Positions 1 to 13,428 of a stretch of 64,000 nucleotides of DNA are shown here, in pieces (positions within the stretch are counted from its first letter, which is position 1; each line of letters opens with the position of its first letter). Source of the DNA: Azolla caroliniana (lineage: Eukaryota; Plantae; Polypodiophyta); the NCBI GenBank assembly GCA_043228905.1, contig JBHGNT010000010.1, positions 1,240,001 to 1,304,000 on the forward strand, in the 5' to 3' direction. Below the pieces are notes generated by a model. It was not told where the DNA came from. It saw only the letters and a program-made list of their open reading frames with translations, and did not search any database. The position numbers and the translations under genes were made by a program.

Positions 1-3000
1 ACCATCCGTAATGCAGGAATCGGGCTGACCATAGACGAGTTCGCGGAGGCCTTCGCTGGAAGGTCGATCTATTCTGTCGGTGATCTGTACTCGGGGTATG
101 ATCAGTTCCAAGTAGCCGTGGAAAGCAGAGACATTACGACGATGCGGACTCCTCTCGGCCTAGTGCGGATGTGTACCCTGCCACAAGGAGGGACGAACTC
201 TGTGGCTCACATGCTGAACGCGATGAACAAAGTGCTCAGGGATTGTATCCCGGACATCACCATGCCATTCTTAGACGACATCCCGATTAGGGGATGCTCG
301 GTGCAGGAAAAGGATGAGGCAATCAGGCCGGACGGATGTCGGAATTTCGTGGCGTCCCACATCGATGATTGCGAGAAGGTGTTGTAGAGATTAGAAGAGG
401 CGAGGCTCACCTTCTCCGGGGAAAAGTCGGCCTTTGGGCAATCAGAGATCATGGTCGTCGGGCACCTATGCGGACCATACGGTCGGAAATCGTCTCCGGC
501 CAAGGTGGAAGCCATCTCCGCGATGAAGCATGACTGCAATTCGGTCACGGAGGTCCGCTGATTCTTGGGAGCATGCACGTTCTACCACATCTGGATCTCA
601 CACTACGCACATGTCGCGGAACCCCTCTACAGACTATTGAAAAAGGGGTGTAGCTTTGAGTGGAGGACGGAGCACACGGAGTCGGTACGGAGACTAAAGG
701 AGGCACTTACGGTAGCGCCGGCTCTCCGTAAAGCGGTTTACGGCAAGGATGCTCCCATCTGCGTGACGGTGGACACCAGCCCGACCGGGATCGGGTGGGT
801 AATCAGTCAGGAGGACAAGGATGGCGTACGATTCCCAATCCAGTTCAGGGCGAAGGTATTGAGCGAACAGCAGCGAGGATACGCCCAAGTTAAGCGTGAG
901 CTTTGGGGTGTCGTTTCGGCAGTCAAGGCCGACAAGGATTATCTGATCGGGACGGAGGTGATCATTGAGACAGACTGTCTGCTGATGCTCGGCATGGTTT
1001 CCGGATGCGCGACGCTGGACCTAACAATGCTCTGGTGGATAGTGTACATTAAGTCCCTAAACCCGGAGATACGGCACATCTCCGGAAAGGACAACGCCAT
1101 GGCCGACATGCTTTCGAGAGCAAGGTTCAACGACGAAGGCGATATGGTTTTGGATGACGAAGAAGTCGGCGAGGACTTCTTCGGGTCGGCTAACGTAACG
1201 ACGAGAAAAGGGCGGCGCATAACGAATTTGACGAAATCAGGTACGACGAGGAGTGGCTCCATATCGGGAGGTTCCTACGGACGATGACGCCGGATGCAGC
1301 ATGGGCGAGAGGGGAGGAAAGCCGGGTACGGAAGAAGGCGTATCGATTCTTCCTACGGGACGGGTGCATATGGAGGCACCCAAAGAAGAGAAGTGGCGTC
1401 CCACACTGAGTAGTGGCAAAGAAAGAAGAACAGGGGAAACTACTGGCGGCATTTCACGAGAGCCCTTGGGCCGGACACCGCGGGACATGGGCCACGTTCG
1501 AGAAGCTGAAGGAGAAGTATTGGTGGTCGGGGCTGTACCAGGACGTGCATCGGTTCGTAACGGCTTGCACGGGAAGACTTAACGAACCAGGTGGAAGGCC
1601 GTGCACTGCAAATCAAGACAACCGCGGCGGTATGCCAGTTCCTAATCGAGGAAGTAGTGTGTCGGTACGGGTGCGTCGGGAGGATCGTGGCGGACCGGGG
1701 AGAGTTGGATGCACGAGAAGTTGAGGAGTTGTTCGACCGGCTAGGCGTCAAACTCTCCCTCACTATGGCGTACAATCCGGAGGCAAATGGAAAGGTGGAA
1801 CGAGGGCACAGGCCGATCGTAAAGGCGTTGGTGCATGCATGCGGCAGGCAGGTCGGGAATTGGCCGCGACTCCTTCCTTACGCACTATGGGCGGACCGAA
1901 CTACGCACGGTTCGGTGACAAGGTTTATACCGGCGGAGGTGATGTACGGACCGAAGCCGATCATGTTGATGGAACAGACGGTTTCTTCATGGGCGGCGGT
2001 AGATTGGAAGGACGAAATGAGCCGGGAGGAGTTGATGGCGGCGCGGATTGGGCAACTTGAGCGGACGCTGGAGGACGTGATACAAGCGAAGGAAAAGCTG
2101 CGAGCGGCAAGGGAGCGGTACATGACCCGATTGCGACCAAAGAAGATGGAGGAAGGCGACTGGGTCTTGGTATACGACAGCAGCCTCGACAATCAACACA
2201 AGGCGGTGCGGAAGTTCGCTAGGAGATGGTTCGGGCCTTACACGGTGACGAGCGCGAACGACAACGGCACGTACCACCTCGCGGAACTCGACGGTGCACG
2301 GTTAGCAGTGCCGGTGGCCGGGAAGCGGATCAAAGAGTTCAAGAAGCGGTTCAAAGACAAGTCGGAGCCGGTGAGCGAGAGTAACGACAACGATTAGTTC
2401 GGGTCCGGCGGAGAATCAGAGAACGACGAGTGAAGCCGGTTTCCTTCAGTGTCTACCCGTGTCTGGCACATGCCAGTGGATGCGCGGTTTGGTGGGGGTG
2501 CAGGTCGCGAAGAAAACCGGCCATAGGCGGAATCGAAGAAAAAGGCGCATGAACCAACTCTTACACGGGTGGACGCGAGGATTGATATATTGTACATAAT
2601 TCGTAATTAGGGTGACTGGTGTAAAAACTAGGTAGTGCACATTTATTAGGGGATTTTGTGCGTATCTCTGTCGACAGGGACAGGGATAAAGCAGTTTGGT
2701 TGAGGAAAGGGGGCACCCCTTTTGTGGGGAACTATTTAAGGAGGGAGAGAAGGAAGGAACAGGGATCGCGCGCTAGGGAGGACGAAGTGCTGCTGCAGAT
2801 CTGAGGGCCGAGCTCTCTCCTCTCCTCCTCCGGCCGTTGGTCTCTGTGGGTCAGGAGCTCGCTGCCTCTGCTTCATGGACAGCCTGTGTGCTTCCACCAG
2901 AGTCTCTCCCCCTTTGTTTTGTTTCTGGGAGTCGAGCGATGCTGTCTGTGTGTGTGAGTAGAATCCCCGGGTCGGGTCCATCGCCGCCTTGTCGATTGTA

Positions 3001-3183
3001 ACCGTCAAAGTCGTATTCTCTTGTTATTGTAATCTCTTGTTATTGAAATCAAGTATTACTTTCTATATCTCTCCTTCTCACTCCATGTATCTACAAATCT
3101 CTCTCTCTCTCTCTCTCTCGCTCCTCGGTTCAAGACCCCCGTGGTCCCGCCCCTTCTACACGCATGCGCGTAACAACGCGACA
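1..3183 (+). mobile_element. Decayed Ty3/Gypsy element (RT-RNaseH-integrase plus 3' LTR), 5' part outside window; TGTCG-LTR family
   Basis: ORF pieces: RT (LPQGGTNS, PFLDDI), RNase H (VTVDTSPTGIG, IETDC, NAMADMLSR), integrase (GHRG, DRGE, YNPEANGKVERGH) broken by stops and frameshifts. PPT-like GGTGGGGGTG at 2491 and LTR ending CGACA at 3183. Confidence 0.93.
2503..3183 (+). repeat. 3' LTR of the Gypsy element
   Basis: Start (g)GTCGCGAAGAAAACCG and end ...GACCCCCGTGGTCCCGCC...CGCGACA match the termini of the LTRs at 59285-60066 and 61544-62344 read on the minus strand. Confidence 0.85.
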
Positions 3184-6100
3184 TTGTGTTCCTCGTCCGG
3201 TCCGGTTCTGTTTGCCGCGACCCCTCTTGTTTTGCATGCCTCGATATTCTTGGTAGGTATGTCTCCTCAATAGGCCTCTCTCAGCTCCTTCGCTGCTATG
3301 ACTCCGGCACTTGCCGATCCGTCGGTTCCTCCGCGATGGCATCGACTTCTGCTGCATCCGTGTCTGCTTGGCCTTGAATTGATCTAGTTCTTCCGAATCT
3401 GTCTGTTGAACCGAATCGACTGTCTCTGATTCGTTCCAGCTCTTGTCCGAATCGGTTGCTCCTGATCCGTCTTTTGGTTCCAAGCCCTTCACCACATCGG
3501 ACCATGTCCGGGTCTTGGCCTTCTTCCTTCGGTCGGCTCTATCCTTCTTGGCTCTGCCGCCTTCTGTTCTTCCCTCACCGGCGCAATCAACAGTCTGTTT
3601 GCCTTTGCCCGTTCCGGTGTCTTTGCCCGTTCTCCCCCTCAAGTGTGGCACATCGAGATGTTGAACACCAAGCATTTCGGTGAAGTGCTGCAACTTGTCC
3701 AAGTCGAGTGGTTTGGTGAAGATGTCGGCAACTTGCTGATCCGTGTGAACATAGCGAAGTTCAACCTCACCGCTCAGGACACGCTCACGCACGAAGTGAT
3801 AGTGCACTTCTATGTGTTTTGTGCGAGCATGGAATACGAGGTTCTTGGCGAGTTGCATGCGGCTTATGGTGTCGCAGTAGACCAGAATCGGGGTTGGTAC
3901 CTCGATCCGTAAGTCTTGCAGCAGTCGTCGAAGCCAAATGGCTTCATAGGTGGCAATCAGTGCTCGACAGAGCAACTCTTGGCTGCTTTTTGCTGCTCCA
4001 TGCAATAGTCGCGCTACCTAGGGAAAACATGTAACTAGAGGTTGATCGGCGATCTAATGCATCACAGGCCCAATCGGCATCCGTGTAACCGACGAGCTCT
4101 TTGGTTACACTTCGTCGGTATAACAATCCTCGGTCCTTCGTGCCGCTGACATACCGCAATATCCGTTGCGCGCACTAAAGGTGCTCCACGGTTGGTTTCT
4201 GCATGAACTGACTTATCATTCCGATCGGATAGCTGATGTCAGTTCGCGTGATAGTCAAGTAAATAAGGCTTCCGACAATTTGTCGGAACCGTTGCTCATT
4301 GCAGGCCGGTCCGGAGTTGGGACGAAGCTTCTGGTTCCGGTCCAAGGGTGTGGATACAGGTCAGCATTCTGTCATGCCGAACTTGTACAACATATTCAAG
4401 ACGTAATGTCGTTGTGAGAGCAATATGCCGTCCGGGGTTCAGATCATCTCGATCCCTAGAAAATAATGAAGGTCCCCCAGATCCTTCATCTTGATTTCTA
4501 GAACACCCGGTCCAGTGATGACTAGATCATCAACATACAGCAATATACATACCGGACTAGTTGGGCCTTGACGGATAAACAATGAAGAGTCCGATTTGGA
4601 GGCCACAAACCCCATCTTACGCAATCGATGCGTGATCTTCGCATTCCAAGTTCGAGGGGCTTGCTTCAGGCCGTACAATGACTTCTTCAGCCGCCATACC
4701 GCCAACTTGTTCATCTCCGATTGAAAACCGGGAGGCTGAGTCATAAAGACTTCTTCTTCAAGATCACCTTGAAGAAATGCATTCTTCACATCCATCTGAT
4801 GAAGATGCCACCCCCTTGCCGCAGCAACCGCCAGCACCACTCAAACCGTCGTCATCTTCGCGACAGGAGCGAAGGTCTCGTCGTAGTCGATTCCGTGGGT
4901 CTGTGCATTTCCCTTTGCCACTAACCGGGCCTTGTACCGGTTAACTGAACCGTCGGCGTAGTATTTTACTTTGTATATCCACTTGCATCTGATCGGTTTA
5001 CAGTGACGAGGAGGGTCAACGAGGTCCCATGTCTTGTTGACATCAAGTGCCCGCTTTTTTTCCTCCATAGCAGCATGCCAATTTGTGTCCTTGGCCGCTT
5101 CTGCGTAGCTCTCCGGCTCACGCACTTCCACCACCTTAGTCATGTACGCATAGTGATGCGCCATGTACTCATAGTACCCGTACCGCTTGACGGGTTTGAG
5201 GCCCTTCTTGGCCGGTTTGGTCTTCGTTGCCGAAGATCCGCCTTTCTCCTTGCCGGAGTCGGACGTACACCGATCCAACTCATCGTTGCCGGATTTGAAT
5301 TCCTGCATCTTCTTCTTCCCCTTCGCTTTGCGCGTAAACCATCTCCTCGGTTCCTTGCGCGGAGAGTGCATGACAGAGTCTCCACTACTCGTCGGTTCCT
5401 CTTCGGATTGGTCAGATTGACTCAGTCTCTCGTTTGGCCCACTCAACCAGAACTATTCCGGACCCTCATCGTGAGTCCACGCTTCATCATCCTCTACCTG
5501 GGCCGGTTCAGGATCACTAGCGTTATCCACCGGCATCGGGTCAGATTCGGAAGTCGGAGTCGGTAAGGAGTATGATGACATCTCGACTAATTCGGACCTG
5601 CTTTGTTCGGGGGTTATAACACTTTTAACCCTTTTGCTCTTGAGCATAGCCAACTAGGATGCATTTTTCCAATTTTGCATCCAGCTTCCTCCGCTTCTCA
5701 TCCGCTACATGCACAAATGCAATGCTACCGAAGATCTTAAGGTGTCTCAAATTCGTCTTCTGCCCGAAATACAGCTCGTGAGCTGACACATTGTCACCGA
5801 TCCGGTTCTGGATGTAGACACTCGTTCGGACTGCCTCCGCCCAGTAGAATTTGGGCATGCTCTTCTCCTCTAGCATTTCCCTTGCTGCATCGATAAGAGA
5901 TCGGTTCTTCCTCTAGGCAACACCATTCTGTTGCGGTGTGTATTTGCAGTTGAACTCTCGCCGAATTCCCGTTTGCTGCAGATAACTGTTGAATTGGCCG
6001 GAAAAGTATTCTTTCCCGCCATCCGACCGCAGGCATTTGATCTTCCTCTCCGATTCCCGTTCCACCATGCTTTGGAGACTCCAGAAACACTCAAAGACTT

Positions 6101-8307
6101 CACTCTTACACTCAATGAGGTAGATCCATGTGTGTCGCGTATAGTCGTCGATGAAGGAGACGAAATATCGACTCCCGCCAAGACTAACATTCTGTGCCGG
6201 TCCCCACACATCCGAATGGATTAGGTCGAGCTTGTTACGGCTCCGGTTACGTTCGGTAGGGAATGGAAGCCGGTGTTGCTTTTCAAGTTGGCAAGCTTCA
6301 CATACTTGGGCCTTCCGGCCGTTGAACTTCGGCAAACCAAAAACAGGTCTTGAAGCCTCCGGTAATTGACATGGCTTATCCGCTTGTGCCATAGGTCGAT
6401 GTCCAATTCGACCTTCTGTCCTTTTGCAAACAGAGCGGTGCCGACGTCATTGGTGTTGAGGATAAACATCCTCCCGTCTCTACAGCCTTGCGCAATAATT
6501 TGGCCCTCTTCCTTGATGAAGCACCCGAGGTGTGTAAACCACACCTACATCCCCTGGTCGACGATCTGTCCGACCGACACCAGGTTCTTCGTGATTGTCG
6601 GAATGTGTAATACGTTCATCTGCTTCCCCTTCTGTCCGACGTGGCTGAAAGGGACTTCTTCGACGTGCACGATTGGGTGAGGAGTGTCATCTCCGGTTTC
6701 GACTACTCCTGGTTGATCCGGTTTTTCCAAAACGGAGAACCACTCTTTGTGGCTCGTCATGTGGTTTGACGCACTGTAGTTAACATACCAGACTTCCTCT
6801 GATTTGGCAGTGATCTTCTTCATTGAGTTCACCTCCTGCTTCATCACCAAGGTTGGCTCGTTACCATTCTTGGGTCCTCCCGATCCCTTCGCGTAGTGCG
6901 AGCTTTGCCGGTCATCCTTGCCGGCCTTGCCGGATCCGGATTTGTCCGAATCGGCTCGTTTTCTCCAGCACTCACTTTCTCTGTGGCCCTTTTTGCCACA
7001 CTACCAGCATTCCGTTGCTGACTTCTCTTGCCGTCTTCCGGTGTCGCCATGACTCCCCCGGCCTGTGGAAGTCCCGGAATTGTTGTCGGCGCGTTCTCTG
7101 TGCCTTCATTCTTGCTCTTGCCGGCCGCCTCCACTGTGTGCCGACCCGCCTCGTCCACCACGCCCACGGGACTCATCTTCCTCCGCGTACAACATTTGGC
7201 TGTCAGTGGGTGCACCAGTTGACGCACCACTGTGGTTGTCCTCTACAAGGAGCATCGACTGTAAGTCGAAAAATAAGGGCGTATTCTCCCTTGTACACAC
7301 CATCGTTCGAAACGCTTTGAACTTAGATGCCAGGCCCCCAAGACAGACCTACACCATCTCGTCTTCCTCTACGGTAACGTTGATAGAGGCAAGCTAGTCA
7401 TAGATCTCTTTGATCCGGGCCATGTAATCCGCCACCGACATGTCCTTCTGTCGGACATTGCTCAACTCTTGTCGGAGTTGCAGCTTCCGGGCTGTAGTGC
7501 TCGCGGCGAAAACCTTCTTCAGGTTCCCCCAAGCCTCCTTCGGCGTCTTGGCATCTCGGATGTTGCTCAGTAGCTGGTCTCCGACACTGGATGTGAAGCC
7601 GTACATCACTCTACTTGCCGATTGTTCCCACACTGGGAAGTCCTTATGTGCCGCATCAGGTGCTGTTTCGTTGGCTCCTTCGACGAAACTCCAGTAGCCA
7701 TGCCCAAGCAAGTACTGGTGCATCTTATACGACCAAGATGCATAGTTGGTTTTGTCGATTTTCTCCACAGGGAGCGAGGTAGCCATCCCTCTATCCATCA
7801 CTTCTCTGTCTGCTGTTTTGCGACCTGTTAGGGTTTGCTTTCAAGCGTTTTTCAGTTGTAGAGGAGGTTGTCAACCCTCGCGCTCTGATACCATGTAAAC
7901 GATTACTTGCGGAAGCGTTAGAAAACAGAGAAAGTAGGGAATACACAGAGTACGCGGGAGAGACAAAGAGAGCAGAATGCAAAAGCTATATTCAAAAACG
8001 ATATAATTACTCTGTACATACAACTATGCTCAGTAGCATTATTTATTCAAGTCCTCGTGGGACTGACAGAAGTATTGCGTACTTCAATGCTCACATGAGC
8101 ATCTGACACTTATTACGAGACTATAATTGCCTAGTAGTCTACACTAACACTAGGCTTCCGGTTACTGATTGGATACGGCTAACCGGCTCCCCAGCTCACC
8201 GGCTCTGTTGCTTGCCGGCTCGGTTGCTCACAGCTTACCGATCCATCTCGCTTGCCGGCTCAGGCTTATTCAGCCGATCCGGCTCCAGTTGAGCTTGCCA
8301 CTCAACA
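3184..8307 (-). mobile_element. Decayed Ty1/Copia element (5' LTR, PBS, gag-PR-IN-RT-RH), 3' end cut by the Gypsy insertion
   Basis: Gag 7394-7801, zinc knuckle near 6970-7010, integrase (HSDVWGP, LRSDGGKEY, TPQQNG), RT ([13 protein letters not shown]), RNase H (ADIFTK). Copia domain order; multiple stops. Confidence 0.95.
7894..8307 (-). repeat. Copia 5' LTR, with tRNA-iMet PBS at 7882-7893
   Basis: Plus strand GCTCTGATACCA (= TGGTATCAGAGC) abuts TGTAAAC...; other end ...CTCAACA. Confidence 0.9.
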
Positions 8308-8599
8308 CAACTGATACTGCTCACGAATACCAATATGTTTTCTTAGAGCTACAGTGCTAGGAAGAAAAGTTTGTAGCACTAGAACAAGAAAATCAATGAT
8401 TGTTTTGGGGATCTTCAACAAATCTCTCTAGAAAAGCAACAAACGCAACAACACGAGGAGTTGCCGTTACGTTTTCGTGAGAATCCGTCACTAATTGTGG
8501 ATCGTGAGCCAGAAACGTCGGGATTATGAACGGGAAGGGAATAGGTCTACCACGAACAACACAAGGAAGCATTACACAAACAAGGCACGAGTATTCGAA

Positions 8600-10200
8600 C
8601 ATGTTTGTGAAAAGGAACGGTGCATAGGCAAGCCCGAATCAACCCCTAGTCACAAGGCAAATGAAGGCATGTGAGGAAGGCTTACACACGAACACACAAG
8701 GAAAAGGCTTACTTACACACACAAGAGACAGAGTTTCGAATGCCTTTGTGAAAAGAGAGGTGCATGGGCAAGCCCGAACGCTCCCTTGTTACAAAACACG
8801 TGAACACACAAGCAAGGTTTATACACAGGAGACACAATTTCGAACGCCTTTGTGAAATGAGATGTGCATGGGCAAGCCCGAACGCTCCCTTGCCACAAGT
8901 CGCACGAACACACATGCAAGGTTTACACATGGGAGAAACAATTTTTGAATGCCTTTGTGAAAGGAGAGGTGCATGGACAAGCCCGAACGCTCCCTTACCA
9001 AAAGTCGCACGAACACACAAGCAAGGTTTACACACGGGAGAAAAAACTTCGAACGCCTTTGTGAAAGGAGAGGTGCATGGGCAAGCCCGAACGCTTCCTT
9101 GCCACAAGTCGCACGAACACACCAGCTAGGTTTACACACAAGAGAAACAATTTCGAATGCCTTTGTCAAATGAGAGGTGCATGGGCAAGCCCGAACGCTC
9201 CCTTACCAAAAGTCGCACGAACACACAAGCACGGTTTACACACGGGAGAAAAAACTTCGAACGCCTTTGTGAAAGGAGAGGTGCATGGGCAAGCCCGAAC
9301 GCTTCCTTGCCACAAGTCGCACGAACACACCAGCTAGGTTTACACAAAAGAGAAACAATTTCGAATGCCTTTGTCAAATGAGAGGTGCATGGGCAAGCCC
9401 GAACGCTCCCTTACCACAAGTTGCACGAACACACAAGCAAGGTTTACACACGGGAGAAAAAACTTCGAACGCCTTTGTGAAAGGAGAGGTGCATGGGCAA
9501 GCCCGAACACTCCCTTGCCACAAGTCGCACGAACACACCAGCTAGGTTTACACACAAGAGAAACAATTTCGAATGCCTTTGTCAAATGAGAGGTGCATGG
9601 GCAAGCCCGAACGCTCCCTTATCACAAGTCGCACGAACACAAGCAAGGTTTACACACGGGAGAAAAAACTTCAAACGCCTTTGTGAAAGGAGAGGTGCAT
9701 CGGCAAGCCCGAACGCTCCCTTGCCACAAGTCGCACGAACACACCAGCTAGGTTTACACACAAGAGAAACAATTTCGAATGCCTTTGTCAAATGAGAGGT
9801 GCATGGGCAAGCCCGAACACTCCCTTGCCACAAATCGCACGAACACACAAGCAAGGTTTACACACGCGAGACACAATTTCGAACGCCTTTGGGAAAGGAG
9901 AGGTGCATGGGCAAGCCCCCTTGCCACAAGTCGCACGAACACACAAGCAAGATTTACACTAACACTCAAGACACGTAAGTTTGAATGCCTTTGTGAAAGC
10001 AAAGGTGCATGGGCAAGCCCGAAACACTCCCTTGTCACAAGACACACAAGCAAATAAGCACAAACAACGATAACACATAAGACATGTAGGTTTGAATGCC
10101 TTTGTGAAAGGAGAGGTGCATGGGCAAGCCCAAAACGCTTCCTTGTCACAAGACACACAAACAAATAAGCACAAATGACGATAACAAATAAGCACAATCA
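8600..10200. repeat. Tandem array of about 15 units of about 104 bp, with a 208-bp dimer structure in its core
   Basis: GCCTTTGT(G/C)AAA(G/T)GAGAGGTGCATGGGCAAGCCCGAAC recurs at about 8742, 8846, 8951, 9055, 9159, 9263, 9367, 9471, 9575, 9677, 9781, 9885, 9987 and 10098. Confidence 0.95.
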
Positions 10201-10607
10201 AGATTTACACATAAAACAAGTAGATGAAACAAAACATTAGTTTATATCAATATAATAGATTCTTTTTCAATATAAGAATCATGTTACAATGGGTTGGATG
10301 CGAATAGGAAGGACTGTTTATAAATTAATGGGGGAATAGAGGTGGAGGAAAGAAGAGAGTGGAGTATAGAAGGAGTTTCTTTGTTGATGATGCCTGTCGA
10401 TGTTGTTGATCCTTCTTCTTCCACTTTCCAATTGAGTAGAGCTTCCACGTTCCTTCTCCCTCCCCCCCTTCTTCACTAGAATAGGCTCTTATTTATAGGT
10501 TTAGGATTGCTTGCCTTTTTCCCCTAAAAGAAAGCTTGTCTATATGAGTCAACTTTTCTTTTCCTCACTATTTTTGTTTTCTAGCCCCAAATTTCACATG
10601 CAAGATA

Positions 10608-11308
10608 TTCCGGTTACTGATTAGATACGGCTAACCGGCTCCCCAGCTCACCGGCTCTGTTGCTTGCCGGCTCGGTTGCTCACAGCTTACCGATCCATCT
10701 CGCTTGCCGGCTCAGGCTTATTCAGCCGATCCGGCTCCAGTTGAGCTTGCCACTCAACACAACTGATACCGCTCACGAATACCAATATGTTTTCTTAGAG
10801 CTACAGTGCTAGGAAGAAAAGTTTGTAGCACTAGAACAAGAAAATCAACGATTGTTTGGGGATCTTCAACAAATATCTCTAGAAAAGCAACAAACGCAAC
10901 AACACGAGGAGTTGCCATTACGTTGTCGTGAGAATCCGTCACTAATTGTGGATCGTGAGCCAGAAACGTCGGGATTATGAACGGGAAGGGAATAGGTCTA
11001 CCACGAACAACACAAGGAAGCATTACACAAACAAGGCATGAGTATTCGAACGTGTTTGTGAAAAGGAGCGGTGCATAGGCAAGCCCGAATCAACCCCTAG
11101 TCACAAGGCAAACGAAGGCATGTGAGGAAGGCTTACACACGGACACACAAGGAAAAGGCTTACTTACACACACAAGAATGCCTTTGTGAAAAGAGAGGTG
11201 CATGGGCAAGCCCGAATGCTCCCTTGTTACAAAACACGCGAACACACAAGCAAGGTTTATACACGGGAGACACAATTTCAAACGCCTTTGTGAAAGGAGA
11301 GGTGCATG
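10608..11308 (+). repeat. Direct duplicate of 8156-8870 (Copia LTR end, flank and first satellite units)
   Basis: Near-identical sequence starting TTCCGGTTACTGATT at both sites, offset 2452 bp, with a small deletion in the copy near 11176. Confidence 0.95.
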
Positions 11309-11659
11309 CATATTTTCTTTTCTAATTTGGACATCTGATGTGCTCCTCATATCGACACGTGCTTTTTTTTTCCCTCTCCATCTTTTTCTCTACTTTTGAA
11401 AACAGCCTCTAATTTAATATTCATCATTAATTATTGTACGGTTCAATCCTTTGACCATTTATTTATAAGGAATTATCTTTGGAAAATGAAAAAAGTATTT
11501 TTTCTACCAATAAAGTTGATTTCACAATACTAGTTCATTTGAACTACTATTTTACTTCTTTTCGAGGGTGGTTTCACACTATGTGTTAGAAACATCACGA
11601 CAACATGCGCAACAACTTGACTCAACCATTGTGTAATTGCAACCACATGGACCAAGTAC

Positions 11660-11976
11660 TTAAGGGATTCATAAAGAACCCAAGATTGGCCTTCCTACGA
11701 AATTTAATGGAACACGATCATAATTCACAGGATTTATTAATTAGGTACGTCTGGTGCTTCAAATGCATCCTTCTTGATATCCCACCGATGCATCACAAGT
11801 GGGACTAGTAGGCACGTTGTTAAGTGGCACAACTTTGGCATGGTTTGCTCCTTTGTTAGAAAAAGGATCTCCATTGTTAAATAATTTTGAGGAATTTATT
11901 AGCGAGTTTAAAGCCCTTTTCAGAGGCACCGATAGCGTTAGGATGACAATCAATAAATTTAATCCGAAGATTGCAT
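11660..11976 (+). pseudogene. Ty3/Gypsy gag fragment (retrotransposon gag domain)
   Basis: Reads KEPKIGLPTKFNGTRS...YPTDASQVGLVGTLLSGTTLAWFAPLLEKGSPLLNNFEEFISEFK, with stops. Confidence 0.7.
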
Positions 11977-13016
11977 TGTCGTGTCTTTCGGCGCCAGATC
12001 GTTGTGTGAGTCGGGTGGGAACCGTTGGGGTTTGGACTAGGAGGAGGAAGAATTTGAGGCAAATAGGAATGTGAATAGGTTGTAAGAAAGAGATATAGAA
12101 ACTCGTGAATCCCATGAGTATAATCAATTCAATCAATATTTAGAAAACCCAAAATTGAGAACAACCCATTACAATTTGCTCCCCCACCCATATATAGTGA
12201 TGGGATAGACTAAGTATCTCTTACTGCATGCAAACATGATGCTTTTTCTCTAACTCGAGTATTCATGCACACTAGATGTCTTAGTTTTTTCTATCATACC
12301 TTTTCTTTTTACTCTAGTTATTATGCATGAGTAACTTTTCTTTCATGCTTATCTAGAATATATATGTGGGATGAACCTTTGTATAACTAGAATCTATACA
12401 TTACTCTCATAATTTATTAGTACAATGGTAAGGCTTGGAATTATTAACATGGAGGTATAGGGTTCAAATCTTGCCCTATGCATGTAACATAATTATTTTA
12501 GTATTCTCTTGTATTTCTTTATACTTAATTAATCGGGTACTCTACACATATTTTACGTAGTGTACAAAACACACTACGACACTCACCCCCTCCCAACCTG
12601 CACATCCTTCGGTATGTGTCGAAGTTTCCTGTACTTATTACTCTTCTTCATCTGTAGTACCCTTTGTCTCTTCCCCTATGTCGATTATTGAATCTAGCTC
12701 TCTTTCCTCGCTTTCTACACTTTCGTGATTGTTGTCTAATTGCTTATTTGAGTCGGGTTTGTCTAAGATTACATAGGGTTCATCATCAATTCGCCTCTTG
12801 AAAATCTTCACCCACTTCCCCGCAATAGACACTCAAAGTATTGTTCCATCTAGCTCACTTAGCCAGTAAGTTCCGTTGTCGAATGCTTTTCGAACCTCGT
12901 ATGGTCACAACCACCTTCGAGTAAATTTCTGTATCATTGTGTGTTGATGATCCAAACTACTATCATAGAATATCACCCAATCTCCTTCTTAAATCTTCTG
13001 TGGTCGTAGACGGTGC
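11977..13016 (-). mobile_element. Gypsy 3' remnant: integrase C-terminus, PPT and LTR (11977-12581)
   Basis: LTR termini TGTCG...CGACA. Plus-strand CTCACCCCCTCCC (PPT complement) at 12582. Translation DNGTYWLSELDG...IAGKWVKIFKRR resembles the 60138 ORF end. Confidence 0.82.
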
Positions 13017-13385
13017 TGTTGAGAATCAAGCTCAACTTGTGTGAACACGTGCTTATGAAGAAAAGGATGATGTGTGAAAAAGTGTGTGAGCACACTTTAT
13101 TGTAATCTATGTAGTTGTCGAGTGTTAATGTAGTCAAAGAATATTAGATATTCTTATGACAAAATCGTACTCAAGTGGATATCTTGGTTCTAAGATTCCA
13201 CCAACACATTTAATATGGTAGTCCCTTGAGGACTTGTATATAAAACCCCCTTTGCCCATTCTGTTTTGTTGATGATCTTTAGTTAATTAATATAGTTCTC
13301 TTAGGTGCATAAGTTGTCATCCCCCTACTGTGTGTTCTCTTATTTTTCTGGTTATTCTTTGTAATTCCTTCTCTTGCTCATACAC

Positions 13386-13428
<43 letters not shown>

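Noticed and set aside
8600-10200. CRISPR-like array (palindromic repeat at regular spacing)
   Set aside because: The intervening sequences are homologous to each other rather than unique spacers, there are no cas genes, and the context is eukaryotic. It is a tandem satellite.
8661-10201. Numerous overlapping ORFs in the satellite
   Set aside because: They are products of the repeat in all frames, with no domain content.
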